A DNA stretch of 63,471 bases, the filler included, from Rhabdomonas costata (lineage: Eukaryota): the NCBI GenBank assembly GCA_019059605.1. It is 35 parts of 35 records of this genome, joined end to end, with 100 filler letters (N's around TTAATTAATTAA, not from the genome) between each part and the next. Parts side by side here need not be neighbours in the genome. Positions count along the whole stretch, not along the records: positions 38,155 to 39,870 come from JAHMHO010010157.1; positions 39,971 to 41,686 come from JAHMHO010010158.1; positions 41,787 to 43,501 come from JAHMHO010010159.1; positions 43,602 to 45,317 come from JAHMHO010010160.1; positions 45,418 to 47,132 come from JAHMHO010010161.1; positions 47,233 to 48,947 come from JAHMHO010010162.1; positions 49,048 to 50,767 come from JAHMHO010010163.1; 28 more parts are not named here. One strand, given 5' to 3'. A model generated the notes under the pieces. That model did no database searches. It worked only from the letters and a program-made list of their open reading frames with translations, and was not told the origin of the DNA. The translations under genes and the position numbers were made by a program. Positions 38,238-50,400 of this stretch are shown piece after piece; the stretch's first letter is position 1; every line of letters starts with the position of its first letter.

Positions 38238-39677
38238 CGTGTTCAGGTAGGAGCGAATCTCTTCGAGGCGGTCGTACAGCGCCCGCAGCGCTGCGACCTT
38301 GTCCCGTACCTGTGTGCTCAGGGTGGAGACCGTGGCATCGCTGACATCCCTCAGAAGGTGCTCCACGCCAATCTCTTCAGCCTCCAGAGCTCCTGTCCCC
38401 CAGGGAAAAGCAAAACAAGAAGTAAGTGAAGAGCAACTTGTGGCAAGCCATAGTGAACGGAGATAAACGTCTGAGACACTTCGAGAAGCTGCTTTTCAAT
38501 TAATACCCCAACTATGCTACCAATGCTGTTGACTGTCGGCCACTCTTGCTGTGCGAAAATCGCAACAAGCGTCATAGAAAGACGACGGTTGAGAACAGAG
38601 TCGACCTATGCTCGACGGAACGTGCTGGAACATCAGCTTGGGCTCTGAGCTTTCGTCCTCGGTGACTTCTTTGACGATGTATGAGGAAGTAGGGATGCCC
38701 ATATCCCGGGGCTCGACTTCAATGATACAGTACACGGGCTGGGTGCAGTACCTGCGGAAAATCTGCCGACGAAAGACACAAGAAAATGAAAAGAGAAGAA
38801 AAACCCCAGCAAGAAAATAGCAAGTGAAGTGCCTGGTGGATCTCGATGTCGTTGGCCTTGATTTTCGGGCCCGTACTGTACCAGCCAACCACCCTTTCCC
38901 TGGCGTTCACTTTCCGAAACATGGCATACCTGCATGAGCAATGAAATCGTTCGGCCTTGTTCCACACAAAACATGTTTCGCACATGCTCCGGCCCTCCAC
39001 AGCACACCTCTTTACTCTCTATACCCTAATTTTGTGAGTTCCGGAGTCAGTGGTCAAGTGAAGAGACTGACTTTTCGTATGTGAAACAAAGGTTTACGAA
39101 GCAAATCATTAAAAATGACGAGCGTCTGGCTGGCACGTCACCCAGCTCAGTTCAATGCATTTCCCGACAAGGTCGCAAATCCTTAAAGTTCATTTCACCG
39201 CCACAAGCTGAGACAAACACACAAATCATCAAAATTCCAATTCAATGCAAAACCGGCGCCAGGGTTGCAGCTTCCCAGCCAATTGTGCAACTCTACGCCT
39301 GAGGGGTTGGTGCATGAGAAGGTTGCAACGAGATTGGATGTTCATCCTGCATACATCGACTCAAGGTAATTGTGGTCAAGGTAGAAAATATTCGACTCCT
39401 TGCTGTCTTCTTCGAAAGGTAGCGCAAAGGAGTTCGTCACGTCGACCTTGCCTGCGCACCAACGCAAAGCGATGAAGCGGGTGACGACCGTTGGACGTTT
39501 GATATCCCCCCACCCCGTCTGCAAGAACTAAGGATATTCAACCGAGAAAGTGCAACACAAACCTTTCAGCGAAGTTCCCAGAAGAACACCGAGAACTCGT
39601 TTTCCAAGCACAACACCGGCATTAATTCGGTTGTAGTGATCCACGGTGGAAAGAAGTACGAGTGGGTGCACCACCAC
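38238..39677 (-). CDS. RPN8: 26S proteasome lid subunit Rpn8/PSMD7, exons 39677-39563, 39451-39355, 38929-38833, 38762-38606 and 38392-38238
   Basis: [17 protein letters not shown]...KRVLGVLLG..|[44 protein letters not shown]..|..|[15 protein letters not shown]. All phases checked. Confidence 0.96.
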
Positions 39678-40201
39678 CTGAAAAGGTCACCACCGAAAAC
39701 CCGCAAAAGTTTCGCGAAGAAATTTACGGCATTTTCAGGCTATTGGTGTGAGCTTCGCTTATAGGGAATGATGACTGCCCTTGCCCCTTGACATGCAACA
39801 GGAGAGGAGGTGAGAGGACACACACTCCACCAGACACCACAGTACCAAACAACCCAAACACACCCACCACNNNNNNNNNNNNNNNNNNNNNNNNNNNNNN
39901 NNNNNNNNNNNNNNTTAATTAATTAANNNNNNNNNNNNNNNNNNNNNNNNNNNNNNNNNNNNNNNNNNNNTGTTTTGTTGCTTTACCGTGTTACATTTAA
40001 TTCTTCCCCTCACTTTATTGTCTTCGTTCTCCGCTTGCAGGAGGCGGCCAGCAAGGCGGCTGACCTTCCCCCGTCTCAGGTGTTTGGCGTGTTTGAGGGC
40101 TGCTCCACGCCCTCTCCGGCCTGCGCCTGCGCTGACCCCACCACGCCTGAGGGGACCCCGGCCCACTCGGCTGCCCCGGAGCTTGCGTAAGGATACTGTT
40201 C

Positions 40202-40202
<1 letters not shown>

Positions 40203-40234
<32 letters not shown>
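40203..40234 (+). repeat. (TGAT)n microsatellite
   Basis: About 8 tandem TGAT units. Confidence 0.9.
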
Positions 40235-40237
<3 letters not shown>

Positions 40238-41786
40238 GTTGTTGTAATGGTGGGGCTTATAATTTATACGTATCCTGTGTGCTCTGTGGGTGTGTCTGCG
40301 GGTGTCTCCTCAAGCGTGTCGGCATTTTCGTGCTATCATCCTTCTGCTATCATCATTGTTGTTTCTTTGGTGCCGCGTATTCGCTTCGTCTGCAATCGTT
40401 TGCGAGTCTCTTCCGTTTGTTTATTATCTGGTTATTTGGCAAGGTGCCGTTTATATTATGAACGTGCTATGGTCTCTACGTAGTAATTGTGAGCTCAAGG
40501 GGCAAGGGGGCAAGGGGGTGTCTTTGAGGGATGGGAGCTGCCTGGTCCTCCTACCCACCCTTCCCCTATTTTCCGAGGCCCTGGCACACCATGCACCATG
40601 CACTTCCGTTCAAGTATTTGATGTTTGATTCGGACTGTTTCTCCGCGTTGTCGTTTTTTTTTTGCGCCTCGACCGCAATAAACCTTCGTCGCGGCTTTTA
40701 CAGGGTTCGCCCTTCGTTTGCCGGAAACTACCAGCTAGAACACACTAAAACCACGAGACGGATAGGATCTAAGTTTTCCCAAACTCCTAGAGTTACGTGT
40801 GAAGCTCATTCCGAACCGAATGTGAGAAAAGCGCGGGTCGACATGCATACCCTATTCAAAATATTTGCATTTTGAAGCTTTTTATCGCGAGTTGTTTTTT
40901 TACATTGTATATCCCTTTTTTGTTCCCACATCATTGCGACACAAAAAGCCCAGGATAAAAAGTAATAGAAACTTTTTAGGCAAAAGCCAGATACCAAGGA
41001 CGTGATGACGTGATGGGGGATGTGTCCTTCACCCCCCATCATGCGCATGATCACGCCTTGCAGTCTTTCAAACTGAAGTCGCCCGGCTGTTTAGAAACGG
41101 AGGCATCAAATTAAGCACGGTGGCAGCGCGGGGAAGGGTATGCTCGAAAACATATTTTAAAAAAGGGCACATGGCGAACAATTATAAAAAAACCGGCTTT
41201 TACAAACGGGCGGCGCAACAGTGCAGCGACAACGGACGCAACACAGAATGTGCCTAAAGGAGGTGGGCGCAGAAAAGCGGTGCATATTTGCCCACAAAGC
41301 CCGGCAAGTATTCTGGTACCGGTCGGCTCGTGTATCTTGTGGTGTTTCCTCTTTTGCTTTCCATTTCTTGCTTGCTCGCTCGCCCGCCGGCCGCGGGCTT
41401 GAAGGAGTTTTCTGAGCCCCTTTCGGCCGTTCAGCAATTGAAAGCACACGGATGGGTGCGAGCATGTGGGCGTCAACTTTTCCTCAGCGCCGCGGCGCGC
41501 CACATCATGAATAATTTGTTTTGTTCTGCCCCGGCGCCAAAATGCCCGTGGTGGTGTCACGGCCCAGATCACGCAGGTGTGAAAGATGAGATAAAGAGCA
41601 GTCATGTAGGTGTGGCTAGAGAAGGATGGCGCAGTCCAGAAGAGAAAAAGAGTAGCAATGTCATGAGAGAGAATGGAACCAAAACANNNNNNNNNNNNNN
41701 NNNNNNNNNNNNNNNNNNNNNNNNNNNNNNTTAATTAATTAANNNNNNNNNNNNNNNNNNNNNNNNNNNNNNNNNNNNNNNNNNNN

Positions 41787-42210
41787 GGATTGCCTGGATA
41801 TGACGTGGGCGGCCGACGCGATGCGGGAAACCGCATCGCGTGCCGCGAAAGCCAGGGCATCGACAACGCCTTCTTCTCTGGCAACAAAGCCGTGCTCGTG
41901 CAGCACAGCTCGGATGGCGATTTGCCACAAATCACTCATAGTGAAGAAACAAGGCGGACAAACCCCTTAAGAATGCATACACGAGTTGAGGCTAATCATT
42001 ACCAGACTGCGACACCAAACAAGTGACGTCCTGGGGTGGGCTGAATGCCGGAGTACTAGAATCTGGTGGAACAGGTCGCATATGTTAACCCAACACGGCG
42101 GGGAGAATGCTCGGCAACGTACTGGAAAAAGGATGAGAACTAAACCGCAAGAAAGACGGGGAGAAAAGGGGGATGCAACGCTAACAAGGGTACCCCCACT
42201 CATTATGTGC
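41787..42210 (+). pseudogene. Possible decayed Ty3/gypsy RNase H remnant
   Basis: GYDVGGR...FFSGNKAVLVQ...GWAEC...HGGEN resembles the gypsy RH core. Stops and frameshifts present. Confidence 0.22.
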
Positions 42211-42974
42211 ATCCACGAGATCCGCGGCAATTGACAACCAAAAACATTCACGGTCGAACCCTCAGGTTCCATCACACGGTTTCGTCACTCATCTGCCTTA
42301 ACACGGCGGCTTAAGACAAAGGTCATTGAGATATGCTTACTTGGACAAGGGAGGGAGAGTACACAGCACTGATTCCAAAGCAAGGGATGCGTTGTGCAAA
42401 GAAAAAACGTGGCATGCTTATAGTGCTTCAATAGCACAGTACAACGCGAGCGGTGGCACCAGAAACTCTATTGATCTGTGAACTTTCATAGTATACCTAT
42501 ACCAAGCCTAAAAAAACTTCTGCTTAATTGAGGAGCGAGCAGAACGCGCTTGCTGTCTGAGAAAAAAATGAAAGCCTCAACATTCCATCCAACAAAGTAC
42601 ATCATGGCAGGTAAAAGAAGACACAAAAAGTTCAACAAAACACAGAGAGAAGAAAAGGAAAGCACACAGATCGAACATCGCATCTTTCCAAAGTGGAAAG
42701 TACCTTGATCCTGCATTACAACGAAAGACCGGAGCACCACCAGCTGGGGAGTTTTCAACTTTCCCACTCTGGGGGCACGCTACACGCAGAGAGCAAGTCA
42801 GCACAAGGATAATATTTAAATCGCAACAGCATGAGAAGCGAGAAGAACTCTTTCACAGGAGACAAAGCCGGCAGGTAGGTGCAGCAGCACCGTACTTCCA
42901 TCTCCACACCAGCTCACGATCGAAATGGGGAAGAGAACAGATGAACACGTATCCCTCACCTCTTCGCACCTCTC

Positions 42975-43409
42975 TTACAAAAGGGACCGCCGCCGACCAC
43001 CCCCTGTGGTTTCCCTAGGAAGTGCCCTTTGGCTGGGGGGTTGGACTGGTCCAGGCTTGCCGGAGGCGCTGGGGTTTCCCAGCGGTGGCTTCCTGGGATT
43101 CCCTAGCCCCGGCTGCATCCCGGGGACGTCCAAGGTGAGCATGCGGATTGCGATGGGCTCCGCAGGGGCCCTCGAGGGCATTCCGCGAGCACGGGGCTGC
43201 TGTTGTTGGGCTTGGGTGGGCATCATAGAGGCAGCGCCCATGCCAATGGAGGCGGAAGAGGAGGCTGCTACTGCTGCACCGGCGGCGGCGAGGGAGTGCT
43301 GGGAAAGGGCAGCTCCGGCCAGGGGCATCGCGGCTGGCGCGGTAAGGCTTTGTCGGGCGCCAGCGGGGGACCGATCGGGGGACTGAGGCCCCCCACGGCC
43401 ACTCCCGTC
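42975..43409 (-). CDS. Low-complexity Ala/Pro/Gln-rich exon, unknown protein
   Basis: Open frame after a TTTTCCAG acceptor. Confidence 0.45.
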   Translation of the reverse strand, partial: DGSGRGGPQSPDRSPAGARQSLTAPAAMPLAGAALSQHSLAAAGAAVAASSSASIGMGAASMMPTQAQQQQPRARGMPSRAPAEPIAIRMLTLDVPGMQPGLGNPRKPPLGNPSASGKPGPVQPPSQRALPRETTGGGRRRSLL

Positions 43410-43769
43410 CTGGAAAAAGGTCGCAAACAGATGCAGACAAACAAACAAAACAAAAGACAGACGGAGTAAGGGATTGCAAACCACACTCAGGTCTGTGCTT
43501 TNNNNNNNNNNNNNNNNNNNNNNNNNNNNNNNNNNNNNNNNNNNNTTAATTAATTAANNNNNNNNNNNNNNNNNNNNNNNNNNNNNNNNNNNNNNNNNNN
43601 NGTGTTGTGGGAAACTTCTCCCAGTTTCTTGCCTTGGTCGCAGGCAAATGGAAAATGAGGCAAGAGGGTATAAAGCAAACCCTGGGCCCGCCAGGACGCA
43701 ACGTGGAAAAGTGTAGATGAGAAGGTATGCAGAGCAAAAAATAAAAATAAAAAGCGGCAGAGGCATGTT

Positions 43770-45061
43770 CAGCACAACGTTCATCCAACCGTACTCGACG
43801 CTGTGTCGGCAACTGTTGTGTCCCGTACCAGAACAACCCTGTAAAGAAGGAGGAGGAAAATTCGACCTGAGGTGCGGGTTTCATTGGCGACGATGCCCCT
43901 AAATGTCCTAGCTTAACGGCTGCACTCAACCTGACACCCGCTCGAAATAACATCGCCAAAAAGCGGCGTCCTTGTCGTTCAAACCTCACAAACTTTTCAG
44001 GTCAGGTGGGTTTTTGACGCCGAGCAAAGGCGAACACGGAGGAGGGGGTGGGGTGCCCTCGACGAGCAACAGCGTGCGGCCGGTGAGCGCCGCGAGTTGC
44101 ACAGCGGTGCGGAACTGCAGCAGCTGGTTGCCAAACCCCAGGCTACGTAGGCTGACGTAGGCCCCCGTGCAGAACCCCAAGTATCTCCTGTACGAGACCA
44201 ACCACAAGCCCCAGGCCCCGCAACACGTTACTGAAACGCACACAACACTGAGAAACAAAAATAGCACCGCACTCCGAATTATTACCTCCGCATCGTAGAT
44301 GACTCGAATTTCCCGGTAGGATGCGACACCAGCCAGACAAAAATAGGTTCGCGACGGCGCAGTCCTGGTACTCTCCCATGGGTGCAGGCAGGTTATGTAG
44401 TAGATGCTCGGACCAACACAGTCAGTTAAGAATACCTTGGATCGAATGATTCCGACGATGACACACCAGATTGTAACATGAAACACCTCCCAGAGACGCG
44501 CATGCGCGCGCAAAGGACATAGGACTGGCAGGAATTAAGGGTATACACGGTGAGACACGGTGGCACAATAGAGAGCATCATTTGTCACGAGCAAAGTTAG
44601 AGAGAATGAGAACAGGGAGAAGAGGGAGTGGGAATTCTGCGTGTCAAGGTACGGTCAAAAGCGGAGAGAGCAGCAAGGCTGGAGAGAGAAGCAAGGAGAG
44701 AAAAACACACGAAGAATCGGACTGCACGAAGCACGAAGCAACATAGAACTGGTGTATTCCTCACAAAGACACGGCAGTGCAACCACAGTTGAGGGGCGAG
44801 GAGGTTGGCAAAGCATGTGGGCTCAGGAGTGTAATCCAGGGCACGACAACAAACACATACACCGCACCCAGTGCGGTTCAGCGTTGTCCCAGGCCACAAG
44901 GAGACATCCGCGGGAAAGCTTCCCCGCACCAAGTGCCGCGCCACAAAGCCAGGGTAGTCCTCCGCGTCGCCAGGAGCCTCAGAGTTGGCTGCGCCCGCTC
45001 CCGCAGCAGTCAACAGCAGCAGAAGAAAGAGAGCCGAGGAGGCGACCTTTCTGGGGGTCAT
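43770..45061 (-). CDS. Secretory-pathway GDP-fucose-dependent fucosyltransferase-like protein (GT23/O-FucT clan)
   Basis: Signal peptide MTPRKVASSALFLLLLLTAAGAGA. Motif LGFGNQLLQFRTAVQLAALTGRTLLLVE, then a downstream exon FWRCYFERVS. Confidence 0.65.
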
Positions 45062-45478
45062 CCTGGCTTCGCTCCACTGAAACGGAGTCCATCCAAGAAC
45101 TCGACAGACAAGCATGCCAAATCCCAACGGGACAACGGCAACTCTGGGACTCTGCAACTCGGAGAAAAAGAAATTCTCATTCCCATGTATCAGCTTCTCC
45201 TTCTTCTGGTAAAGCCTTCTTGCTGTTAATTTAGTTTCTGTCTGCGCCTATTTTGTTTGTATTGTCTCATTCAAAGTTTTCAACTACTGTGAATGATTAC
45301 AGTCGGAAATCTAACAGNNNNNNNNNNNNNNNNNNNNNNNNNNNNNNNNNNNNNNNNNNNNTTAATTAATTAANNNNNNNNNNNNNNNNNNNNNNNNNNN
45401 NNNNNNNNNNNNNNNNNTTTTTTGTGGTCAATCTGTTGGTACTGATACTGCAAAAGGAGATGCGTCGGGTACATTATT

Positions 45479-46957
45479 TTGTGAATAAGTAGGACATGTA
45501 TATCTAGAATCATTAACTAGATCTGTAGTTTCCCATAATAATGTACCCGACGCATCTCCTTTTGCAGTATCAGTACCAACAGATTGATCACAAAAATAAA
45601 AACGAGTTGAAGAATCTGAAGATTTATTATGTCCCCATATTTGTATTTTTTTCATTGTATTATTAGTAATTGCACCAAAAATACGGAAACCAGTAGCAAC
45701 TGTATAACTAGAATAATAACAACTAACATAAAATGGAAAAGTAGATGAATCTGTTGTAACAACATTTGAAGACCATAACGGAGCAGCTGGTGCCGTAGTA
45801 GTCCAATTAACACTAGTATTCATAGTTTCAGGAACAAGATAATCATCAGTTGTACGATCAATAGTGACATTATAAGCGATAGTTCCACCAAGAACACCAT
45901 ATTGTAAACTAGTATTATTACCGTAATATTGTGGTGTTATATTAACATTTTGATAAAGATTATTATAAAAAGCAATAAGTTGATCATTAATATTATTTAG
46001 ACTTGCGAAAGAATAAATTTGGTTAGATACACCTCCAAAATTGGATGAATTACCAGAAGAACCTGAATTAGAACTACCAGAACTTGCATTTCCAGTACCT
46101 GAATATATAACTTGATCATTACCATAAATAAGACGTAATGTAACACCTAATTTATCATTATAGACACCTAATGAAGAAGTACCATTTATATACACAACAC
46201 AATTTGTATCATCAAAAGTAACACCAGAGACAGTATAATTGATCCATTTACTTAAATTAGCGTCATAAACAAGGATTTGATGATGTGAAAGAGAAACAAG
46301 ATTAACATCAGATAAATCATGCATAGAAGATTGAATTTTAATTTGTTGATAGGAATTATCAAAAACAGCATTTTTGATAGAATAATTTTTCCACATACCT
46401 TGATTAAATGCGAGTATTTGGTTATCGATCAAAGATAAAATTTCAGTATTTAGTAAATTTGACAATTCAATATTTAATTTTACAGTTTGTGTATCATAAT
46501 CAAAAACAAAATCTTGTAATGTGAAATTTGTCCATTTATTAGTATCAGCAGAATAAACTAAAATTTGATTATTAGATAAATTAATAAAATTTGTATCATA
46601 AGAATTTGGTTGTCGAGTAGAAAATTTAATAGTTTGTTTATCTAAATCTGCAGTTATAGTATTATTTATTTTATCAACAATTGGATTTTCTACTTGTTTC
46701 CATTTATTATCATCTTCATCAAAAATAAATACACAATAGTCAATCTTTGGAGATTGAGTTTCATCTGTATTTATTATTTCAACAACATCTTCAGCTTTAT
46801 TATCAGATGATTCAACTACATTATCATCAGATGATTCAACTACATTGGTAATTTCAACATTATTATCAGATGATTCAACTACATTAGTAATTTCATCGTG
46901 TAATTCTTCGATTTTATCATTGATCTCAGAAGTGTTATTAACTGTGTTTTGTTCCAT
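45479..46957 (-). CDS. AT-rich intronless repeat protein resembling viral or phage tail-fibre/adhesin proteins (C-terminus truncated)
   Basis: About 490 open codons from ATG 46957. Four roughly 50-aa repeats (L..L.DV.L.SL..xQILVY....KWxN), Gly/Ser linker, beta-rich C-terminal domain. Composition far more AT-rich than any other contig. Confidence 0.75.
46790..46895 (-). repeat. Coding tandem repeat (EITNVVESSDN/D)
   Basis: Three copies of TCAGATGATTCAACTACATT on the + strand. Confidence 0.85.
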
Positions 46958-48559
46958 TAACTGCAATTCGTATATATAATATTTGTTTTTATGGTTGTTA
47001 AAACAAAAATGTTATCATCTTATGTATATAAATATAAAAAATTTACAAAATAGATGTTAATACATTTTAACAAAAAAATAAAAATAAAATTATGATTATA
47101 AAAAGTAAGTACATTAAAAAAGAAATAAATAANNNNNNNNNNNNNNNNNNNNNNNNNNNNNNNNNNNNNNNNNNNNTTAATTAATTAANNNNNNNNNNNN
47201 NNNNNNNNNNNNNNNNNNNNNNNNNNNNNNNNGGTTGGTGGTCACATCAAGAGCTTGAGATGAATGTGGTAGATAACGATGCGTGTGAAATTTGCCTACT
47301 GGGGCGAAATTGGCTGCGATGGTGGAGGTTAAAGCCTAGGAAGTGGTCCCGAGGAGCGTGTGAGAACGCACCCAAGCCTGAACGGACGGAAGGACAAGGG
47401 ATGTCGTTTGGGGCAAATCAACATCATGCAGCACGAGAAGTCCGGTGCTCACAGAAGTTATTTATGGGATGGTTAACACGCACGTCTCAAAGCCTATGTC
47501 AAGCCACTTTTGCAGACTTTCTGCGTATGTGTGGGGGAGGAGCTCCAAAATGCACCTTCACAATAGAAAAAAGGACATGCCCAAATGGGATATAACCCGT
47601 GTACTGGTTATCGCCGCAAACGACGACTGTTAAAGTGAATCCGTTCTCTTTCCCGACTTCCAATCAGCCCCTCATCAAAAGGCAACGCCTAACTGCACTC
47701 TGCCGAGGTCCAAATGCTGTTCAAAAAAGTCTCTTCGGACTGCGGGAGTCTTGCCTTGCACGCTTGCACACCTGAAGGATCACATCCAGGGCCCCTAGGT
47801 AGGTACCCTTCTCTCTGAGAATCAACGCCTGCAGAAGCGGAAAACAATAACTTCGCGAAACGGGGTAATGGGTCATGGAGGAAAGTGGGGTCGTGGTCAA
47901 AGGGGTGGTGGCTTAAGCCACTGCTATAGCACAAGAGCACCTTCAGGGGGTTTGAGGTGCGGTTGAGCGCACAAGAAAAATCGTACACTCTTGAAACCTC
48001 AGCTCGACCAGAAGGGAAGATCAATCGCCCCGGATTCTTGGAGAAATGAAACCCGAGCTCCAAAACGAACGCACGGGAAGGAGGACGAGTGGGCTGCCCA
48101 GGATGCCGATAGGAAATACGCGCCGTAGAAAACGCAACTCGGAGAAAAAGAAGATTGGTGACCTCCAAAAGAAGCAGCCAAGGATCACCCGCCGAGACCC
48201 ACTTGCGGAGGTCAAGAAAGAACGGCTCCGTCTCCAGGGCCCTGCGAATCAAACACAACAACGAAAAAACAGAATTCTTTCCATTTCGCAATGGAAAACA
48301 ACTTGGCCGCGGTAACCCAGACCCACACCTGGGGCTGAAGCCCGGTCGAAGCAGCAGGGCAAGGGAGCGGGCTCTAAGCGCCTCCAGAAACGCCTCCGCC
48401 TCCACAGACACAACTGGAAAAGCAGAAAATAGCACAGCCCAAATGGCGGGAAAAAAGAAACGGGGCCACACCATCCCGTGGCAAAGACGCGAGCGGCTAG
48501 TCCTGCCTGACACCCCTCCCTTTTTATCCCATCATTCAGCGGAATAACCCACAGGCCAC

Positions 48560-48947
48560 CCAGATACCATGGTGGGTTAGAGTGGAGGGGTCCACGACAG
48601 CCAGAACCGTGTCTGCAGCGGCCAAAACAGCCTCCGCCGTCTTCCTCGGTCCTTCCAGTCCAATCTCAGGCCCCGCAAGCCCTGGACTCTCGGCAGGCGC
48701 TTGGAGGGCCGCAGCGTAGGAAAACGAGCCGTCGCCCTCGGGAGGGACCAGTTCCCCCTCCCCGATCCAGGAGGGTCCCCCCGACGCTGCCGAGGCTGTT
48801 GACGGAGCTGCAGCGCTGTCCGAGAAGAGCGCCCCGTGGTCCAGCTCCGTCTCAAGAGCCTTCCGCAGCGAGCGCAGCCGGAGTAGCAGCAGGGGCAGAC
48901 AGATGGGGTACTTCTGCAGGGCCTTGCGCAGGAGCTCCCCACAATCT
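48560..48947 (-). CDS. Exon of an unknown protein (ELLRKALQKYPICLPLLLRLRSLRKALETELD...)
   Basis: GC-rich frame open from the contig end. Confidence 0.35.
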
Positions 48948-49619
48948 NNNNNNNNNNNNNNNNNNNNNNNNNNNNNNNNNNNNNNNNNNNNTTAATTAAT
49001 TAANNNNNNNNNNNNNNNNNNNNNNNNNNNNNNNNNNNNNNNNNNNNGTTGTTGGGTGTTCAAGAATCGGGTTCTGTGTAGGTGAGCATGGGTGGTGGTT
49101 CGTAGGCATCTTCTGCATCTGGACTTAAGGTGGTGGTTTTCGAGGTGGGTTTGGAATTTCGGGTGTGGTTTTTGGGTTTTGGTTTTTGGATTTTGGGTTC
49201 TGGATTTGGGGTTGGATTTCTGGGGTTGGGGTTGGTGTTCTGAGTTCTTGCTTGTGCTTTCTTAGTGCTTAGTGTTCCCGAGTTGAGGATGTTAGGGAGT
49301 CGGAGTTGGGTGTTGGGTTTTGGTCTTCGGGTTGGCTTTCGGTCTTGGGTTCTTGTGCTTGTGTAGTGTTTGGTGTCGGGGTTCCTCTTCGGAGGTTTGG
49401 CATTCGGGTTCGGACTCGGGGATTTCTTTCGGGATTTCCATAGTTGGAAGGCCAACATTTAAGGAAGGGAGGGCGATCCACAGTCACAGGCATGTTGACC
49501 GACAGGCAAGGCCGGGTCCTACCGAGCTGTGAGACGACCGAGGAGATCACAGACGCCGCATAACACTCTACTCACACACGATGACAACAACGACGATGCT
49601 CACGAGGTCAGTAACCCAT

Positions 49620-50400
49620 GGACGCATGAGGTGAAGTTGAACCAAGGCGCTCGATCCGCGATGTAACTCCGCGATGCTGGAACCACGTGTTACGTTGACC
49701 CTATGCGCAGGAGTCGCAGTGAGATACCCTGCGTAGTTGGGCGTGGGATGAAAGTCTTGGTGATGGAGGCCAGGCTATAGCGTAAACCAGCCCCACATGA
49801 GGCAAGGAGCGTGGTGACCGGTGGTGTATGCCACTCAACCCACGTCACTGAGCCCGATGTTGGTGCCTGGGGTGAGCTTGCTGGGTAACCATGATGAGTG
49901 GCAATGCCTGTGGACCCAGGGAGTCTGGCGCTGCATCACATCCCGTAGGAGGCTGGGTGCTGGACTTAGCGTAGTAGGTAGAACCGTACGTATATGTATC
50001 GGTAGAACCACTGCTAAGGTACCCACGTGCAGTAGTACTAGCGATGTTGATGTTGGTTACAGCAGTCCTACCCACTGTTGGTTGCACCACACATGATGGA
50101 ATCGCACTACAGTTGGCATGGATGCACTCGACCCACTCCCTACACCCTATGCCATGGTGGTTGATGCGACACACCTGGTAGTAGCAATGGTGATAGAGGT
50201 ACGTGAAGATCGATGTTGCTACCCGTAGGACCGCTCCAAGCACCAGATGTCAGCATAGTCCCTTGGTGACACCCTCTGTAACGGAGGCCGCCCAGGCCGA
50301 CATGCAACATCCATCCTCCTTCCACCCTCCAGAGGTGAGAGCGTAGAAGGTGTAAAGGGTGTTGTTGACATGATGCTATGCGATGCTGGTGGTTGAGACC
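49620..50400 (-). pseudogene. Possible decayed REL-type non-LTR retrotransposon C-terminus
   Basis: Ordered relics: LSPLEGG, TGCDAAPDSL(H)..C, PRHQ, GVTSRIE. Many stops. Confidence 0.25.

Noticed and set aside
34523..39677. Apparent ubiquitin-proteasome cluster (F-box-ANK, DHHC, Rpn8)
   Set aside because: The genes are on separate contigs, so their adjacency is arbitrary.
45428..45478. C-terminus (NNVPDASPFAVSVPTD*) and stop of the 512-aa ORF
   Set aside because: It is the inverted copy of 45537-45596, so the true protein is truncated rather than complete.
45418..47132. Mitochondrial or plastid origin of the AT-rich contig
   Set aside because: The protein is hydrophilic and repeat-rich, reads in the standard code, and resembles no organellar gene.
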